Positions 31,920 through 41,937 of a stretch of 64,000 nucleotides of DNA are shown one piece after another (within the stretch, counting starts at the first letter, position 1; every line of letters starts with the position of its first letter). Under the pieces are notes generated by a model. That model had not been told where the DNA came from. It did not search any database and saw only the letters and a list, made by a program, of their open reading frames with translations. This stretch comes from an uncultured Gemmatimonadaceae bacterium. GTDB lineage: Bacteria > Gemmatimonadota > Gemmatimonadetes > Gemmatimonadales > Gemmatimonadaceae. The DNA lies in the NCBI GenBank assembly GCA_963781585.1, contig CAWAGQ010000006.1:416001-480000 (forward strand), in the 5' to 3' direction. The position numbers and the translations under genes are program-made.

Positions 31920-32275
31920 GTTGCGGCTCCCCTTCCTGCACTCGCTCCGTTCGCGGCTCCTCCTGCTCTTCGCCGCGCTCGCGGCTCGCGGGCTCGAGCT
32001 ACTACACGGCGGGACTCACCGACGCTCGCGGTGTGCGGATCTGGTCCGCGGGCAGTGACTCCACCGCACCCGATGTTGTCGACCGGCTGCCGATCATCCA
32101 TTCGCCGGTCCGGGATCTCGAGTCGAATCGCGTCGTCGGAGCACTCGCGCTGGCGCCGCGCCCCGCCGCGCTCTGGCCGCGTGATCTCTTCGCCCCGTCA
32201 TTCGGTCGAAGCGGGTGCGGCGTCATCATTGACCGAGCGTCGAATCTCGTCCTCCTCCCGGAAGCGTTGGGCTGA
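31920..32275 (+). pseudogene. Possible degraded sensor-kinase N-terminal fragments
   Basis: RLPFLHSLRSRLLLLFAALA followed, in another frame, by a Cache-like stretch (PVRD...VVGALAL...FGRSG.GVIID). Confidence 0.3.
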
Positions 32276-32354
32276 GCCGAAAACCGTGAGCCGCAACCCG
32301 GGTTGGCGGGAACCGACACCCTGTCACGCACCCCGACAGCGTCAAAGGCTCTGC

Positions 32355-32400
32355 CGCTAACCCATCCCTGCCTGCACGATCGAGCAGCGGCTGGTCAGGC
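32355..32400 (-). mobile_element. Short degenerate attC-like site
   Basis: Minus strand GCCTGAC just after the stop at 32410 and GTTAGCG at the far end; only 46 bp with poor arm pairing. Confidence 0.4.
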
Positions 32401-32409
32401 GACAGCTGG

Positions 32410-32781
32410 CTAGTAGGGCAAGTCGTCTGGTTGAAGGCCTACGTGATCAGGCTCAGGGTCGTGGTCGAACTGCACCGCCATGATATCAGTGCGGCCTTCA
32501 CGCATCGCCCTGGCGACCCGATGCCTGCCATCCATGACGGCACCGTCCGCCGCCAGAATGATCGGGAACGAGAGGTCCGCCTCGTCGATCAATGTCATGT
32601 GGTCAATGATAGTGCGCCAGGTGATGGGCTGATCATCGGAATGCCAGACCTCGTCGAGCTCGCGGATGTGACTGAGCGGGATCTGCTTGCGAGGAAAGTC
32701 ATTCGAGCGCTCCACCAACCGATCTACATCCCAGGCCAGCAGACCGCGAATCGACGGCCGGAAATAGTACTGTTTGCGCAC
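32410..32781 (-). CDS. Small ParB/sulfiredoxin-like domain protein
   Basis: ADLSFPIIL...VMDGRHR motif; cassette-like context. Confidence 0.75.
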   Translation of the reverse strand: MRKQYYFRPSIRGLLAWDVDRLVERSNDFPRKQIPLSHIRELDEVWHSDDQPITWRTIIDHMTLIDEADLSFPIILAADGAVMDGRHRVARAMREGRTDIMAVQFDHDPEPDHVGLQPDDLPY

Positions 32782-32859
32782 GGAAGAATCCGGGTAGGGG
32801 AGGTCGACGAGTCCAGTGGCTGGTGCCTAATGTATAGTCGACAAGCCGGGGCGCCGAAG

Positions 32860-33100
32860 GCGACCGGGGTGATTCGCGATGAACGGCAGCATCACCGCAT
32901 CCGCCATGCCGGCACCCGCACCAAAACCAATCAACTGCGAAGGCGTCGGGGGGTGCCACACGAGCACGAAGAACGCCGACGCCACACCGCGTTCGGCGCT
33001 CGCCGAGAGCACGCCGAGGATGACCGCAGCCGTCCGATGGTCAGTTGCCCGCCGGACCGCACGATCGACGACGAGGTGATGAATGATTGCCTTGGCCGCT
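32860..33100 (-). pseudogene. Fragment of a YhfC/PrsW-like intramembrane protease
   Basis: AVILGVLSASAERGV...LIGFGAGAGMADAV pattern; no proper start or end. Confidence 0.3.
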
Positions 33101-33141
33101 AGTCTCGGTTCATCTTCTTGAGGCCTAAACGAACTCTCCCC

Positions 33142-34095
33142 GTGCCCTCAATCTTCTGGGCATTCGTCGCGCTCGACGCAGCACTCCTCGTGATACTCGT
33201 CGTCCTGGGCGTCATGAGCCCGGCCACCCCCGATGGCGGCCCGGAGATGTCGCTCATCTTCTTCGTCGTCGTTCCCGCGGTACTCATCGGCGGCGCGGTG
33301 CTGCTGTTCCTCAAAGCCGGATCGCCGGTGTGGCGGATGGTCGCGTTGGTCATCGCGGCCGGTCCGGGTCTACTCCTGGCCGGCACGCGCCTTCGGAGTG
33401 CGATGATCGACTATCGAGTGCGCCAGAATGCGGAGGGAAGCGGCTATTTCTCCGGCCAACACCTGAAGCGCGCTGCTGCCGCCGTGGTTCGACGCGACGT
33501 GGCCACGCTTGCTGCGCTCGATAGAAGCATCGACGTCAACGCCAAGGGCGTGCGCGGCATGACGCTCATGGAGCTCGCGGTCACGCAGGCGCTCGATTCG
33601 TCGACGCCGGCACCGGCCGGTTCGACCTCACTGGACGTCGTGCACACCTTGCTCTCTCGCGGCGCCGATCCAAACGCCGGCGTGGAGATCGCCACGAAGC
33701 TGGCCGACAGCACGATTCTGTTGGCGCTCCTCGATGCGGGCGCCAAGCCCGGGTTCGCCAACGACCACGGCCCGGTCGCGTTCCAGTGGCTCAACGTCAT
33801 GCCGCTCGCGAATTTCACGGCGCTGCTCGATCACGGCCTCGACGTCAACCTGAGCGATGTATTCGGTACGCCGCTCGTCATCGCCGCGGCGGAAAACGAT
33901 CGCTGGAATTTCGTGCTGCTCCTCATCGACCGCGGCGCGGACGCATCTCGCGTCGCGCGCAACGGAACCCGGCTTGCCGACGTCGTGCAGAGCCGGATCG
34001 AATCGACGAGCGAACGGCCGCCGGAGATGAGCGCCGACATTGCGCGCGTGAAAGCGAGACTGACCGCACAGAAGCCGCACCCGACGCCGCGATGA
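33142..34095 (+). CDS. Membrane protein with ankyrin repeats
   Basis: Three N-terminal TM segments; LLSRGADPN, GTPLVIAA and LLIDRGAD; start uncertain (33118 or 33142). Confidence 0.8.
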   Translation: MPSIFWAFVALDAALLVILVVLGVMSPATPDGGPEMSLIFFVVVPAVLIGGAVLLFLKAGSPVWRMVALVIAAGPGLLLAGTRLRSAMIDYRVRQNAEGSGYFSGQHLKRAAAAVVRRDVATLAALDRSIDVNAKGVRGMTLMELAVTQALDSSTPAPAGSTSLDVVHTLLSRGADPNAGVEIATKLADSTILLALLDAGAKPGFANDHGPVAFQWLNVMPLANFTALLDHGLDVNLSDVFGTPLVIAAAENDRWNFVLLLIDRGADASRVARNGTRLADVVQSRIESTSERPPEMSADIARVKARLTAQKPHPTPR

Positions 34096-34832
34096 CATCG
34101 CCAGCGCCGATCGTCCACATCACGATCACCGGCCGTGGCGGCGGCATCACGTATCGCGAAGGCGACCATCGGATCGAGTTCGATTGGGAGTTCGCCATGT
34201 CGCCGGCCGTCGCGTTGATCTGGGGACCCCAGCGAGCCGAGTGGGACGGCCAGTATCCCTGGGCGCGCGGCCGGCAGGCGGCCATCTACGATATCGTCGG
34301 CGCCGAAATCGTTCGGCAAAAGGCATCGGGCGGCGCGTTCGAATACGATCTCGAGCTCGGACACCTGACGATCCTCAACGAGACCGGCGCGCGGGCGCGG
34401 GGCCTCTACGTGGACAGGAGCGCCGCGGCCGCCGAGGAGTTGCGCCGACACACGTCGGTGGACGCGCGTCTTGCCGCCGCCGAAGCGACGAACGACGTCG
34501 CGACGATCGGGGCTGTGCTCGCGCGTGAGATCCGGCGACTCTCGCGGCCCGAGGATGGGCTCGAGCGCGCCATGCGTCTGGCCGCGGCGCATCCCACCGA
34601 GGAGGTTCGTCAGGCGCTGCTCTGGGCGAGCTACAACGCGACCGCGTGCGCGCCGCGTTGCGCCGAGATGCTGTTGACGCTGACCGGTACCGCGTCCGAT
34701 CCGCGCGATCGGGACGTGCAGTCGATCCTTGGGCGGCTCGGGAAGCATTCGAGCGACTTCGATCGAAGCGAGGCGTTCGCAGCACTCTCGCGACGCGTCG
34801 GCATGGTGCTGGACCAGAGCGCGCGGGACTGA
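34092..34832 (+). CDS. Hypothetical protein
   Basis: ATGA-coupled to the ankyrin gene; GRGG.I.YREG...FDWEF...YPWA N-terminal domain plus helical C-terminus. Confidence 0.7.
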   Translation: MTSPAPIVHITITGRGGGITYREGDHRIEFDWEFAMSPAVALIWGPQRAEWDGQYPWARGRQAAIYDIVGAEIVRQKASGGAFEYDLELGHLTILNETGARARGLYVDRSAAAAEELRRHTSVDARLAAAEATNDVATIGAVLAREIRRLSRPEDGLERAMRLAAAHPTEEVRQALLWASYNATACAPRCAEMLLTLTGTASDPRDRDVQSILGRLGKHSSDFDRSEAFAALSRRVGMVLDQSARD

Positions 34833-34842
34833 CGGCGGGCCT

Positions 34843-34921
34843 CCCGAACGACGAATCGGGGAAGCTGCGCCCTGCCTCGCGACTCAGCGACGCTGCGAGC
34901 CTTCATCCGGTCGCGTTAGGG
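34843..34921 (+). mobile_element. attC-like site
   Basis: CCCGAAC...GTTAGGG ends with imperfectly complementary arms, 79 bp, 10 nt after a stop codon. Confidence 0.55.
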
Positions 34922-35012
34922 CGTTCACAAACGTCCCCCTGATGCGGCTGCACCGGTCTTGACGTCATGCGTGCCAGACTTCACATTGCCAAGTACTTTA
35001 TACAGTGGAGTG

Positions 35013-35594
35013 ATGACCCCGTTCGACATCCTGTTCATCGTTCTCTTCCTCGCCCTTGTCGGTAGCCTTCTCTACGCGACGGCGGCGGCCCTGGCCGGGC
35101 ATCGGTCCACTGCCGGCAAGCTGCTCCGACGCCTCGCCGTGGCGGTGATCGCCTACCTGGCGGTCGTCTATGCGGTGGCCCTGCTTTCGCCCGGGCAGGT
35201 GCTCGCCCTTGACGAGGACAAGTGCTCGGATGACTGGTGCATCGCGGTCAGTGCCGTGCGCGAGGTATCTGATTCATCTGAACGGCTGTACGACCTCACG
35301 TTCCGATTGTCGAGCCGCGCCCGACGCATTAGTCAGCGAGAGCGCGGGGTCGTGGTCTACATGCGTGACGCCCGCGGGCGCCGCTACGATGGGGGAAGTG
35401 GCCCCACCGACGCTCCGTTCGATGTGCGGCTCGGTCCGCAGGAAACCATGCTCACGCATCGGCGCTTCGTCTTGCCGCGCGAGGCGTCCGCGCGCGATGT
35501 GGTCATCACACGCGGCGGATTTCCATTTCCCGGCTGCTGCATCATCGGCGAAGCCACCGGCGTACTGCACCCCGCAACGATACGCGTGCCGTAG
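35013..35594 (+). CDS. Membrane protein with two TM helices and an Ig-like soluble domain
   Basis: GGAG RBS, hydrophobic N-terminus, C.DDWC motif. Confidence 0.7.
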   Translation: MTPFDILFIVLFLALVGSLLYATAAALAGHRSTAGKLLRRLAVAVIAYLAVVYAVALLSPGQVLALDEDKCSDDWCIAVSAVREVSDSSERLYDLTFRLSSRARRISQRERGVVVYMRDARGRRYDGGSGPTDAPFDVRLGPQETMLTHRRFVLPREASARDVVITRGGFPFPGCCIIGEATGVLHPATIRVP

Positions 35595-35606
35595 CTGTCG
35601 GCAGCG

Positions 35607-35666
35607 ACCTGGCGGATAGCGTTCTGCAGCCCACAGTTCGCGGCCGTGAGTAACGAGCCGTCATTG
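35607..35666 (-). mobile_element. Degenerate attC-like site downstream of the VOC gene
   Basis: Starts at the stop codon (CAATGAC) and ends GCAGAACGCTATCCGCCAGGT; 35604-35627 is 23/24 identical to 36088-36111. Confidence 0.55.
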
Positions 35667-36047
35667 GCCTTGAGGCGGCTGCCATAGCTCGACCTTGTTT
35701 CCTTCCGGATCAATCACCCAGGCGAACATTCCATACTCGGATTCGTCAATCTTCTCGAGCACCTTGCAGCCTTCTTCCTTCAGGACCTTGACCAGGGCGT
35801 GGAGGTCTGCCACCCGGTAGTTGACCATGAAGGACGCAGCGCTCGGAGCAAAGTGATCACTTTCCTGGGGGTCGATCAGCCAGGCAGTTGTGCCTGCAAC
35901 CGGCTTGCCCTCGGCGTCGGTCCAATCGAAGGCCGCTCCGCCCCAGGCCTGGACATCGATTCCCAGGTGCCGCTTATACCAAGCCTGCAGTGATGGAGCG
36001 TCTTTGGCCTTGAAGAAGATGCCGCCGATGCCAGTGACTCGTTTCAT
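35661..36047 (-). CDS. VOC/glyoxalase family protein
   Basis: RVTGIGGIFFK, FMVNYRV and YG.FAW..DPEGNKVELWQP motifs. Confidence 0.92.
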   Translation of the reverse strand: MKRVTGIGGIFFKAKDAPSLQAWYKRHLGIDVQAWGGAAFDWTDAEGKPVAGTTAWLIDPQESDHFAPSAASFMVNYRVADLHALVKVLKEEGCKVLEKIDESEYGMFAWVIDPEGNKVELWQPPQGQ

Positions 36048-36090
36048 GTGACCTCTGATGCGGGTGGCGGTGAGAGGTGTTTCTTCTGCG

Positions 36091-36195
36091 ACCTGACGGA
36101 TAGCGTTCTGCTGCAGCAGAACATCAACGATCGCCGCCGCGGGCGGCGGCTCCGCCCTACGGGCGCGTCTGGGGCGTGATGATCGGCCGTCAGCC
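36091..36195 (-). mobile_element. attC-like site
   Basis: Minus strand GGCTGAC...GCAGAACGCTATCC-GTCAGGT, 105 bp, directly upstream of the VOC gene. Confidence 0.55.
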
Positions 36196-36466
36196 GACGC
36201 CAGTGTCGTCGGAAGTAGCCGGCAGGATGTTCCGCGGACGGCGAACGGGACGCCGATTTCGGTGCAAGGTCTCGCGATTGGAATTCCTGCCGTGCGGTCG
36301 CGAACGACGCGTCGGCGATCTCCGGCTCCATCGCCACAGCGGGTAGGGGCGATTGTGGCATCGCCGCCGTCCGGCCTGCGTCAATCTCGATGGCTCGAAC
36401 AAGAAGGCGATCGGCGACATCCTCGGGTACGTCGTCGCCGCTCTGGAAAGAGGCAGTCGGAGTCAC
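36190..36466 (-). pseudogene. Degraded hypothetical cassette gene
   Basis: GGAGG RBS and GTG 36466, VADRLLVRAIEIDA helix. The TGA in the downstream attC end is in a different frame, suggesting a frameshift. Confidence 0.4.
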
Positions 36467-36501
36467 TGTGGGAATCCTCCAAGACTGCTGACGTTCGTGC
36501 G

Positions 36502-36593
36502 GCCTAACGTCGAGCTTCGCTGCGGCCGACTCGATTGGAGAGCGCGCAGCGCGCCCACAATAGCTCGGCTGGCTGCAGTAAGCAATGTCAGGC
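36502..36593 (-). mobile_element. attC site (best-preserved copy)
   Basis: Minus strand GCCTGAC...GTTAGGC, 92 bp, with pairing arms (CTGCAGCCAGCCGAG / TCGGCCGCAG) and a central GCGCGC-T-GCGCGC dyad. Confidence 0.7.
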
Positions 36594-36677
36594 CGTCGGC
36601 ACAGGCCTGAACCGCGGAAACCCCGGCTAAACAGGTCGCGTACGGGTACACCATCGGACTTCCACGGAGCGCCCCCT

Positions 36678-37055
36678 GTGAAGCAGAACGATCTGTTGAG
36701 TGTAACCTCGATACTGTCCGTGCTTCTGCTTGCCCTGCACATCTCGCAGGACATCGTCTTCGGCTTGGACCGGGCGGGGCTCAATCATCTTGTCGGCGTC
36801 GCAATCCTCCTCGTCGTTGTCTGCGGCGCCGTGCTGCTGCGAGAACGGCCATCGGGCAAGGTGATCATGCTACTTGGCGGCGTGATGGCTGCCGGGATGC
36901 TGCCCCTGCACATGCGGAATGGATTGCGCCCGGAGTTTCTCGAGAAGAGCGGCGCCCTGCTGTTCATCTGGACTCTCTATGTCCTCGGAGTGAATGGCGC
37001 GTTCTCGGTTATCCTCGCGGTCCAGGCGTTGCGCGGTCGGCGCGTCGCTTCGTGA
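36678..37055 (+). CDS. Four-TM membrane protein
   Basis: GGAG RBS, GTG start, four hydrophobic segments with two His residues. Confidence 0.7.
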   Translation: MKQNDLLSVTSILSVLLLALHISQDIVFGLDRAGLNHLVGVAILLVVVCGAVLLRERPSGKVIMLLGGVMAAGMLPLHMRNGLRPEFLEKSGALLFIWTLYVLGVNGAFSVILAVQALRGRRVAS

Positions 37056-37109
37056 CGAAGCGGCTTGACGGCGCGAGCTAGTTCCTTTCGCCCTGGCCGG
37101 ATCGGCGCG

Positions 37110-37517
37110 TCACCGTCCGTGGCTGGCGTCAAGAGCAGGAAGGCCACAATGAACACCTGCTGACTGCAGCTCCCGATTGATTCGGCGAATCAGCGGAAAC
37201 AGCTGGACGGAAGACGAAGACATGCTACACATGCGTGGTCCGGTGGTCTCAGGCCATGCCTTCCGAACCTCGATTAGCGATGGATTCTCGCCCGCGATGT
37301 ATCGGTCGAGGACGGACTGGTATCGCGAGTTTCCGCACTCGACGACGATATCGTTCACCACATCATTGAACCCTGGCGCTCTCGCCAGTGCCCAAACGAA
37401 GTCGTCGAGATCCTTCATTCCGGGCGCCCTGCTCATTGCCCGAAACAACGCGATGATCGCCGGAATCACTTCAGCGCTCGTTAGCCAGAAGCGAAGGGGT
37501 ATTCTGGTGACCGGCAA
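37110..37517 (-). pseudogene. Probable C-terminal fragment of an unknown gene
   Basis: Lower-GC, protein-like reading frame with no convincing RBS or start. Confidence 0.3.
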
Positions 37518-37563
37518 GTCGGGCGCACGCGCGGACCGCGTCGCCGGTGCGCTCGACCAATTG

Positions 37564-38121
<558 letters not shown>

Positions 38122-38214
38122 CTTGCGTGAGAGAATCCCGAAAGTGTAGCGGAGCAGACTATGGCTTGCCCGACCCTGCGCTTCTTCGACGCCTGCCAGC
38201 AGCAGAGCGCCTCG

Positions 38215-38403
38215 TTAGCCGGCGCTGGGCCGATACCTACGCATCCCGATTGCCGACACTAATCCAACGAGGAATGCAATCAGCATGATCCAGGTCGCCA
38301 GGTCCCGCTGTGCAGTCGCCAGCTGATACGCCGCGGCCAGCAGGCCAACGAGATTGCTTCCGAGCCACACATTCAGCACCGCAGCATGAGTGCCTGGCTT
38401 CAT
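38215..38403 (-). CDS. Small two-TM protein bracketed by attC half-sites
   Basis: GGAGG RBS. Stop TAA lies within GGCTAAC (38214-38220), and GTTAGCC (38430-38436) precedes the gene: typical cassette boundaries. Confidence 0.6.
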   Translation of the reverse strand: MKPGTHAAVLNVWLGSNLVGLLAAAYQLATAQRDLATWIMLIAFLVGLVSAIGMRRYRPSAG

Positions 38404-38500
38404 TGAAATGCCTCCGTGGCAGGTCGTCTGGCTAACCGGAACCGGACTGCAGATTGGCTGGCGGGGTTCTGCTGCGAAATTCGACCTGGACTGCACACCC

Positions 38501-38639
38501 ATCGCAACCCGGTACCGCCACCCTCTCGGTAACTTCGCCTCGAAGCTCCGTGCCGCAAGATGTTGTGCCCGGCGCCGCGGCGGCGGCCAGCGTTTGGACT
38601 GCCAGCGCCTCGCAACCTGGTCTGGATCTCGAGGGATTT
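38501..38639. repeat. Dispersed ~140-bp repeat, copy 2
   Basis: Diverged direct copy of 22571-22707. Confidence 0.8.
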
Positions 38640-38770
38640 GGGCCGCCCGAGGAGCTCATGGCCGCTTTCGCGAACGACTGGGCCGCCGACCGGACGAGTG
38701 AGGCCACCGCGCGCTCGCGGCCGCATGATATGAAACCAGACAGCCCTGTGAAGGCTATCAAACACGCCGG

Positions 38771-39169
38771 CTAGCCCAACTCATAGTTCAACGTCATGGG
38801 ATGCTCAGCCCCGTGCCCAACAGAGGACGTACCCTCGCCGCGCAGGTCCCGGAGCTCCCCCGTGCCGGAGCCTGGGATGACGACATAGGACTCCGTCGCC
38901 GCGCCGTTCTCGAATGTTCCTGTGCGTTGGAGCACGAAGCTGCCCGCTTTCCCTGCCACCTGCCCCACGATCCGCTCGACGCCCACGAACGTGGCCGAGC
39001 CGTCGCTACGGTACATCATCAGATATTGCACTTGTCCCGCGCCCGTGATATCGCCGGTGAACGTCTTTGTGACCGCGGCCCGGGTCAGCCTTGGCAGGTC
39101 CTGGCCCTCATCATAAGGCTTCTCGTCCCAGCTCCTGATAGTGAAGCGGCAGTTCGCAACGTTCTTCAT
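38771..39169 (-). CDS. DUF3224 family protein
   Basis: F.I.SWDE, KTFTGDI.G, GSFVLQ and VIPGSGTGEL..LRG motifs. Confidence 0.9.
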   Translation of the reverse strand: MKNVANCRFTIRSWDEKPYDEGQDLPRLTRAAVTKTFTGDITGAGQVQYLMMYRSDGSATFVGVERIVGQVAGKAGSFVLQRTGTFENGAATESYVVIPGSGTGELRDLRGEGTSSVGHGAEHPMTLNYELG

Positions 39170-39251
39170 GTTCTACACCTCGGCCGGGTGATCGGGAACA
39201 GGATGTGGAGGCGCCATCGCGGGCAGATGCCAGGTGCGAGTGGGTGGCGGT

Positions 39252-39337
39252 GCCTAACGCCCTGGGTTCGGCGGCGGCCGGATGAAATAGCAACGCCGCC
39301 GCAGGCCGCGCAAGCGCCGCCGGCCGATCCGCCTAAC
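39252..39337 (-). mobile_element. Partial attC-like site between two GTTAGGC cores
   Basis: Minus-strand GTTAGGC at 39331-39337 (contains the ankyrin stop) and at 39252-39258, with a GC-rich imperfect hairpin between them. Confidence 0.5.
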
Positions 39338-40628
39338 TCTCCGCGGCGCGGCGCATGAGCGCCCCGAACAGCTCGGGGTCCACCCGCACCCGGTCGTCGT
39401 CGATCCACTCCGCCTTCACCTCGGCGCCCGCCTCGGCGAGCATCCGCACCACCGACCGGTACCGCTCCTGGTCCTTCCTGCCTTCGACGAGCCAGGCATG
39501 GAGCGCCCAGACGAGTGGTGTCGTGCCGTAGACATCATCGATCACGTTGACCGGCGCCTGACGGTGGAGCAGCAGCTCGACGATCTCCACACGGCCCTCG
39601 TAGGCTGCGAGGTGGAGCGCAGTGCGATTCTCACCATCGTCCCGGACCTTCCACCCCGGATCGAACCCACGATCCAGAAAACAGGCCACGATGTCCCGGT
39701 GCTCGTACCAGACCGCCATCATCAGCGCGCCGCCGACCTCCTGCCGCCATGCGGGATCGGCCAGGCTTCGGCGTTCGTCGAACTGCCGCTCCACCAGGTC
39801 GAGGCGCCCGATACCCGCCGCTTCGTCCAGGCTGACTGCGACTCCCCGACGCGCCAGGTATTCACCGGCCTCGGGGCAGCCGTTCATGAGACAGGACTGA
39901 ACACTGCCAGGATCGATGCGGGCGCCGCGCTCGAGCAGCAGGTCGGCGAGATCGTTCTGCACGCCCGCGAGGCGTGGGTGCGCGCTCGTCATCGTGAGCC
40001 CGAACGTCGTCGCGCCCCCGCCATACACGTCGGCTTCGGCGTCCACCTCCGCACCGGCGTCGAGCAGGATGCGCGCGATCTCGACGATATTCGACGGCGT
40101 CTCCTGACGATAGTCCTCCACCCCGTTCGCGGAGATGTAGTGCAACAGCGTCGCGCGATGCTGCCGGCTGGAGCAGGCGTGCACGAGACCCGGGCTCTCA
40201 CGAAGAAGTCGTTCGAGCGTCGCCCGGTCGCCGGCGACGATGGCATCGGCCGCCTCCTCGAAGGCGGAGACCGGCGTCCGTGCACCGCCGAGTGCCTCGA
40301 TATGGTGTGCCAGCCTGGGCCAGCTCTCGAAGCCGTGCGCGCGCGCGATGACGAACTGCGCCTGCGCGAGAGCGCATCCAGCGGCGAGACGCTCGCGCGC
40401 GAAGCCAGCTACCTGATCGGTGTATCGCTCGGCAGCGCGGACGTGCGGCGCCCGACCACTGTCCGACTGGAGCTCGAGCAGGTCGCGAACCCAGCGCGCG
40501 GCCCACGCCCGAATGGCCGCGGGGTCCGCGGAACTGCACGCCTTGACGAGGTCCTTCGCCCGCTTCCGGTAGTGGTGCAGATCGGGGCGCGGCGGAAGCG
40601 GCAGGACGTCCTGCGGGTTGGGATACAT
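39333..40628 (-). CDS. Ankyrin repeat protein with N-terminal LP.RP.L..YRK.AK.L / AQF.IAR.HGF.SW domain
   Basis: Multiple ankyrin repeats (TLLHY, LLDAGAEVD, TALHLAA, TPLVWA); AAGGAG RBS. Confidence 0.9.
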   Translation of the reverse strand: MYPNPQDVLPLPPRPDLHHYRKRAKDLVKACSSADPAAIRAWAARWVRDLLELQSDSGRAPHVRAAERYTDQVAGFARERLAAGCALAQAQFVIARAHGFESWPRLAHHIEALGGARTPVSAFEEAADAIVAGDRATLERLLRESPGLVHACSSRQHRATLLHYISANGVEDYRQETPSNIVEIARILLDAGAEVDAEADVYGGGATTFGLTMTSAHPRLAGVQNDLADLLLERGARIDPGSVQSCLMNGCPEAGEYLARRGVAVSLDEAAGIGRLDLVERQFDERRSLADPAWRQEVGGALMMAVWYEHRDIVACFLDRGFDPGWKVRDDGENRTALHLAAYEGRVEIVELLLHRQAPVNVIDDVYGTTPLVWALHAWLVEGRKDQERYRSVVRMLAEAGAEVKAEWIDDDRVRVDPELFGALMRRAAES

Positions 40629-40644
40629 ACGAATCTCCTTTCAT

Positions 40645-40740
40645 GGCGCCTGGAGTCCGCACTCGTCAGGCTGAAAGAAGGTTCGCGATGTGCAACGCAG
40701 CTGTGGGTGGGCACGGCCCTTTCCGCGGACTGGATGCGCC
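40645..40740 (-). ncRNA. Candidate structured 5' leader RNA of the ankyrin gene
   Basis: Minus strand GGCGC..AGTCCGC pairs with GCGGACT..GCGCC, closing a ~65-nt interior, between the promoter and the RBS. Confidence 0.45.
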
Positions 40741-40754
40741 CCTCGCGCGCCCGT

Positions 40755-40783
40755 AGTATGTCACGCGCGGGGGCGCTCGGCAA
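40755..40783 (-). promoter_or_regulatory. Sigma70-like promoter
   Basis: TTGCCG-17 nt-CATACT on the minus strand. Confidence 0.5.
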
Positions 40784-40876
40784 CGGGAATGGCGCGGGGC
40801 GGTGGGGTGTGTTGCTGAGCCTGTTCCGGTCGCGGCAGTTGGCTACGAGGCGGGGAGTAGAGGCGGCAGCGCCACC

Positions 40877-41653
40877 CTAGTACCGCAGGATCAGTGGAAG
40901 CCCGGGGCGCAAGTCCCACGTCTGCCCGCGACGACCGCCGTCGAGCTCTACCACCAGATGGGGGCTGTTCGCCTCCTCGAAGCGTACCAGCTCCGGTGCC
41001 AGCTCGGCTGCCCGGGGGCGCTGGTTGGGTTGGCCGCGGATGAGGACGCGCGTGATGCGCCGCGCACCCATCGGATGACGGAACAGGTCTGGCTGGCTGC
41101 TCCTGTAACGCCCGAGCCAGGAGGTCACCGCGGCGTAGTCAGGTACGATAAACATGTCTACAGCCAGTGACTCCTCGGGCTGGCGCAGAAGGACGTAGGC
41201 GGTGCCCGGACGCAGCCGGTCAGCCGAATCGAGGCGGAAGGGGATTCCCAGGTCGGCCGGTGTGCCCCTCAGAAAATGGAGGCCGACACCGACCGGACTC
41301 GCACCGGACTGACGCCACGCTGCGGCGCGAGCGAAGTCCGCCGCATCGAGGCGGTGCAGCGAGTCAACGGCAACTGAAGAGTCGACCCAGAGAAGCTCGA
41401 GATACGCGTTCTCGAAAAACACCGCCATGGAGGCGGTGCCCTGGCCGTCGTGCCGCGAGACGCTCGTGTCGACCACGAGGCCGACGTGACGAAGGGCCTC
41501 GACTGCGGAATCCGCCCCGGGCGGCACGACCAGGTAGACATGATCGAGCTCGATCAGGGGAGACTGTGCAGCGATCGCGGTTGGCGAACCGCCGCCGACC
41601 GTCAGAACCGCCGCGGTGGACAGAGCCCGTCTGATTCCATGGGTGACGTTCAT
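40877..41653 (-). CDS. Secreted VOC/glyoxalase-like domain protein
   Basis: Signal peptide; LDHVYL and H.GQGTAS...FFENAYLELLW motifs; GGAG RBS. Confidence 0.8.
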   Translation of the reverse strand: MNVTHGIRRALSTAAVLTVGGGSPTAIAAQSPLIELDHVYLVVPPGADSAVEALRHVGLVVDTSVSRHDGQGTASMAVFFENAYLELLWVDSSVAVDSLHRLDAADFARAAAWRQSGASPVGVGLHFLRGTPADLGIPFRLDSADRLRPGTAYVLLRQPEESLAVDMFIVPDYAAVTSWLGRYRSSQPDLFRHPMGARRITRVLIRGQPNQRPRAAELAPELVRFEEANSPHLVVELDGGRRGQTWDLRPGLPLILRY

Positions 41654-41669
41654 TCCTGCTCCTCTCGCT

Positions 41670-41715
41670 GCCTAACGCACCTGGTTTGACCTGCGAGGTG
41701 CTGCCACGCAATGTG
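41670..41715 (-). mobile_element. attC right-arm remnant
   Basis: Minus strand CTCGCAGGTCAAACCAGGTGC-GTTAGGC ends 16 nt before the ATG; left arm not found. Confidence 0.45.
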
Positions 41716-41937
41716 CCTGCGCACGGCGCCGAACGGAACCGGGGCTCCTGCCGGGGTCATCCGCGCGACAGCTGCGAGCCCCACGCGGCGGCGCACAGGC
41801 TGAAGGCCACTCCGGCGGTTTTCGGACTACGGATCGTGCTCGCGCTTTGATCCACTGCCATGACGGACCGCCTGGTGTGACCCGTCCACATGCCACGGGG
41901 TCCACCTGAGTAACGACGCACGCCAGCCAGCAGTCGA

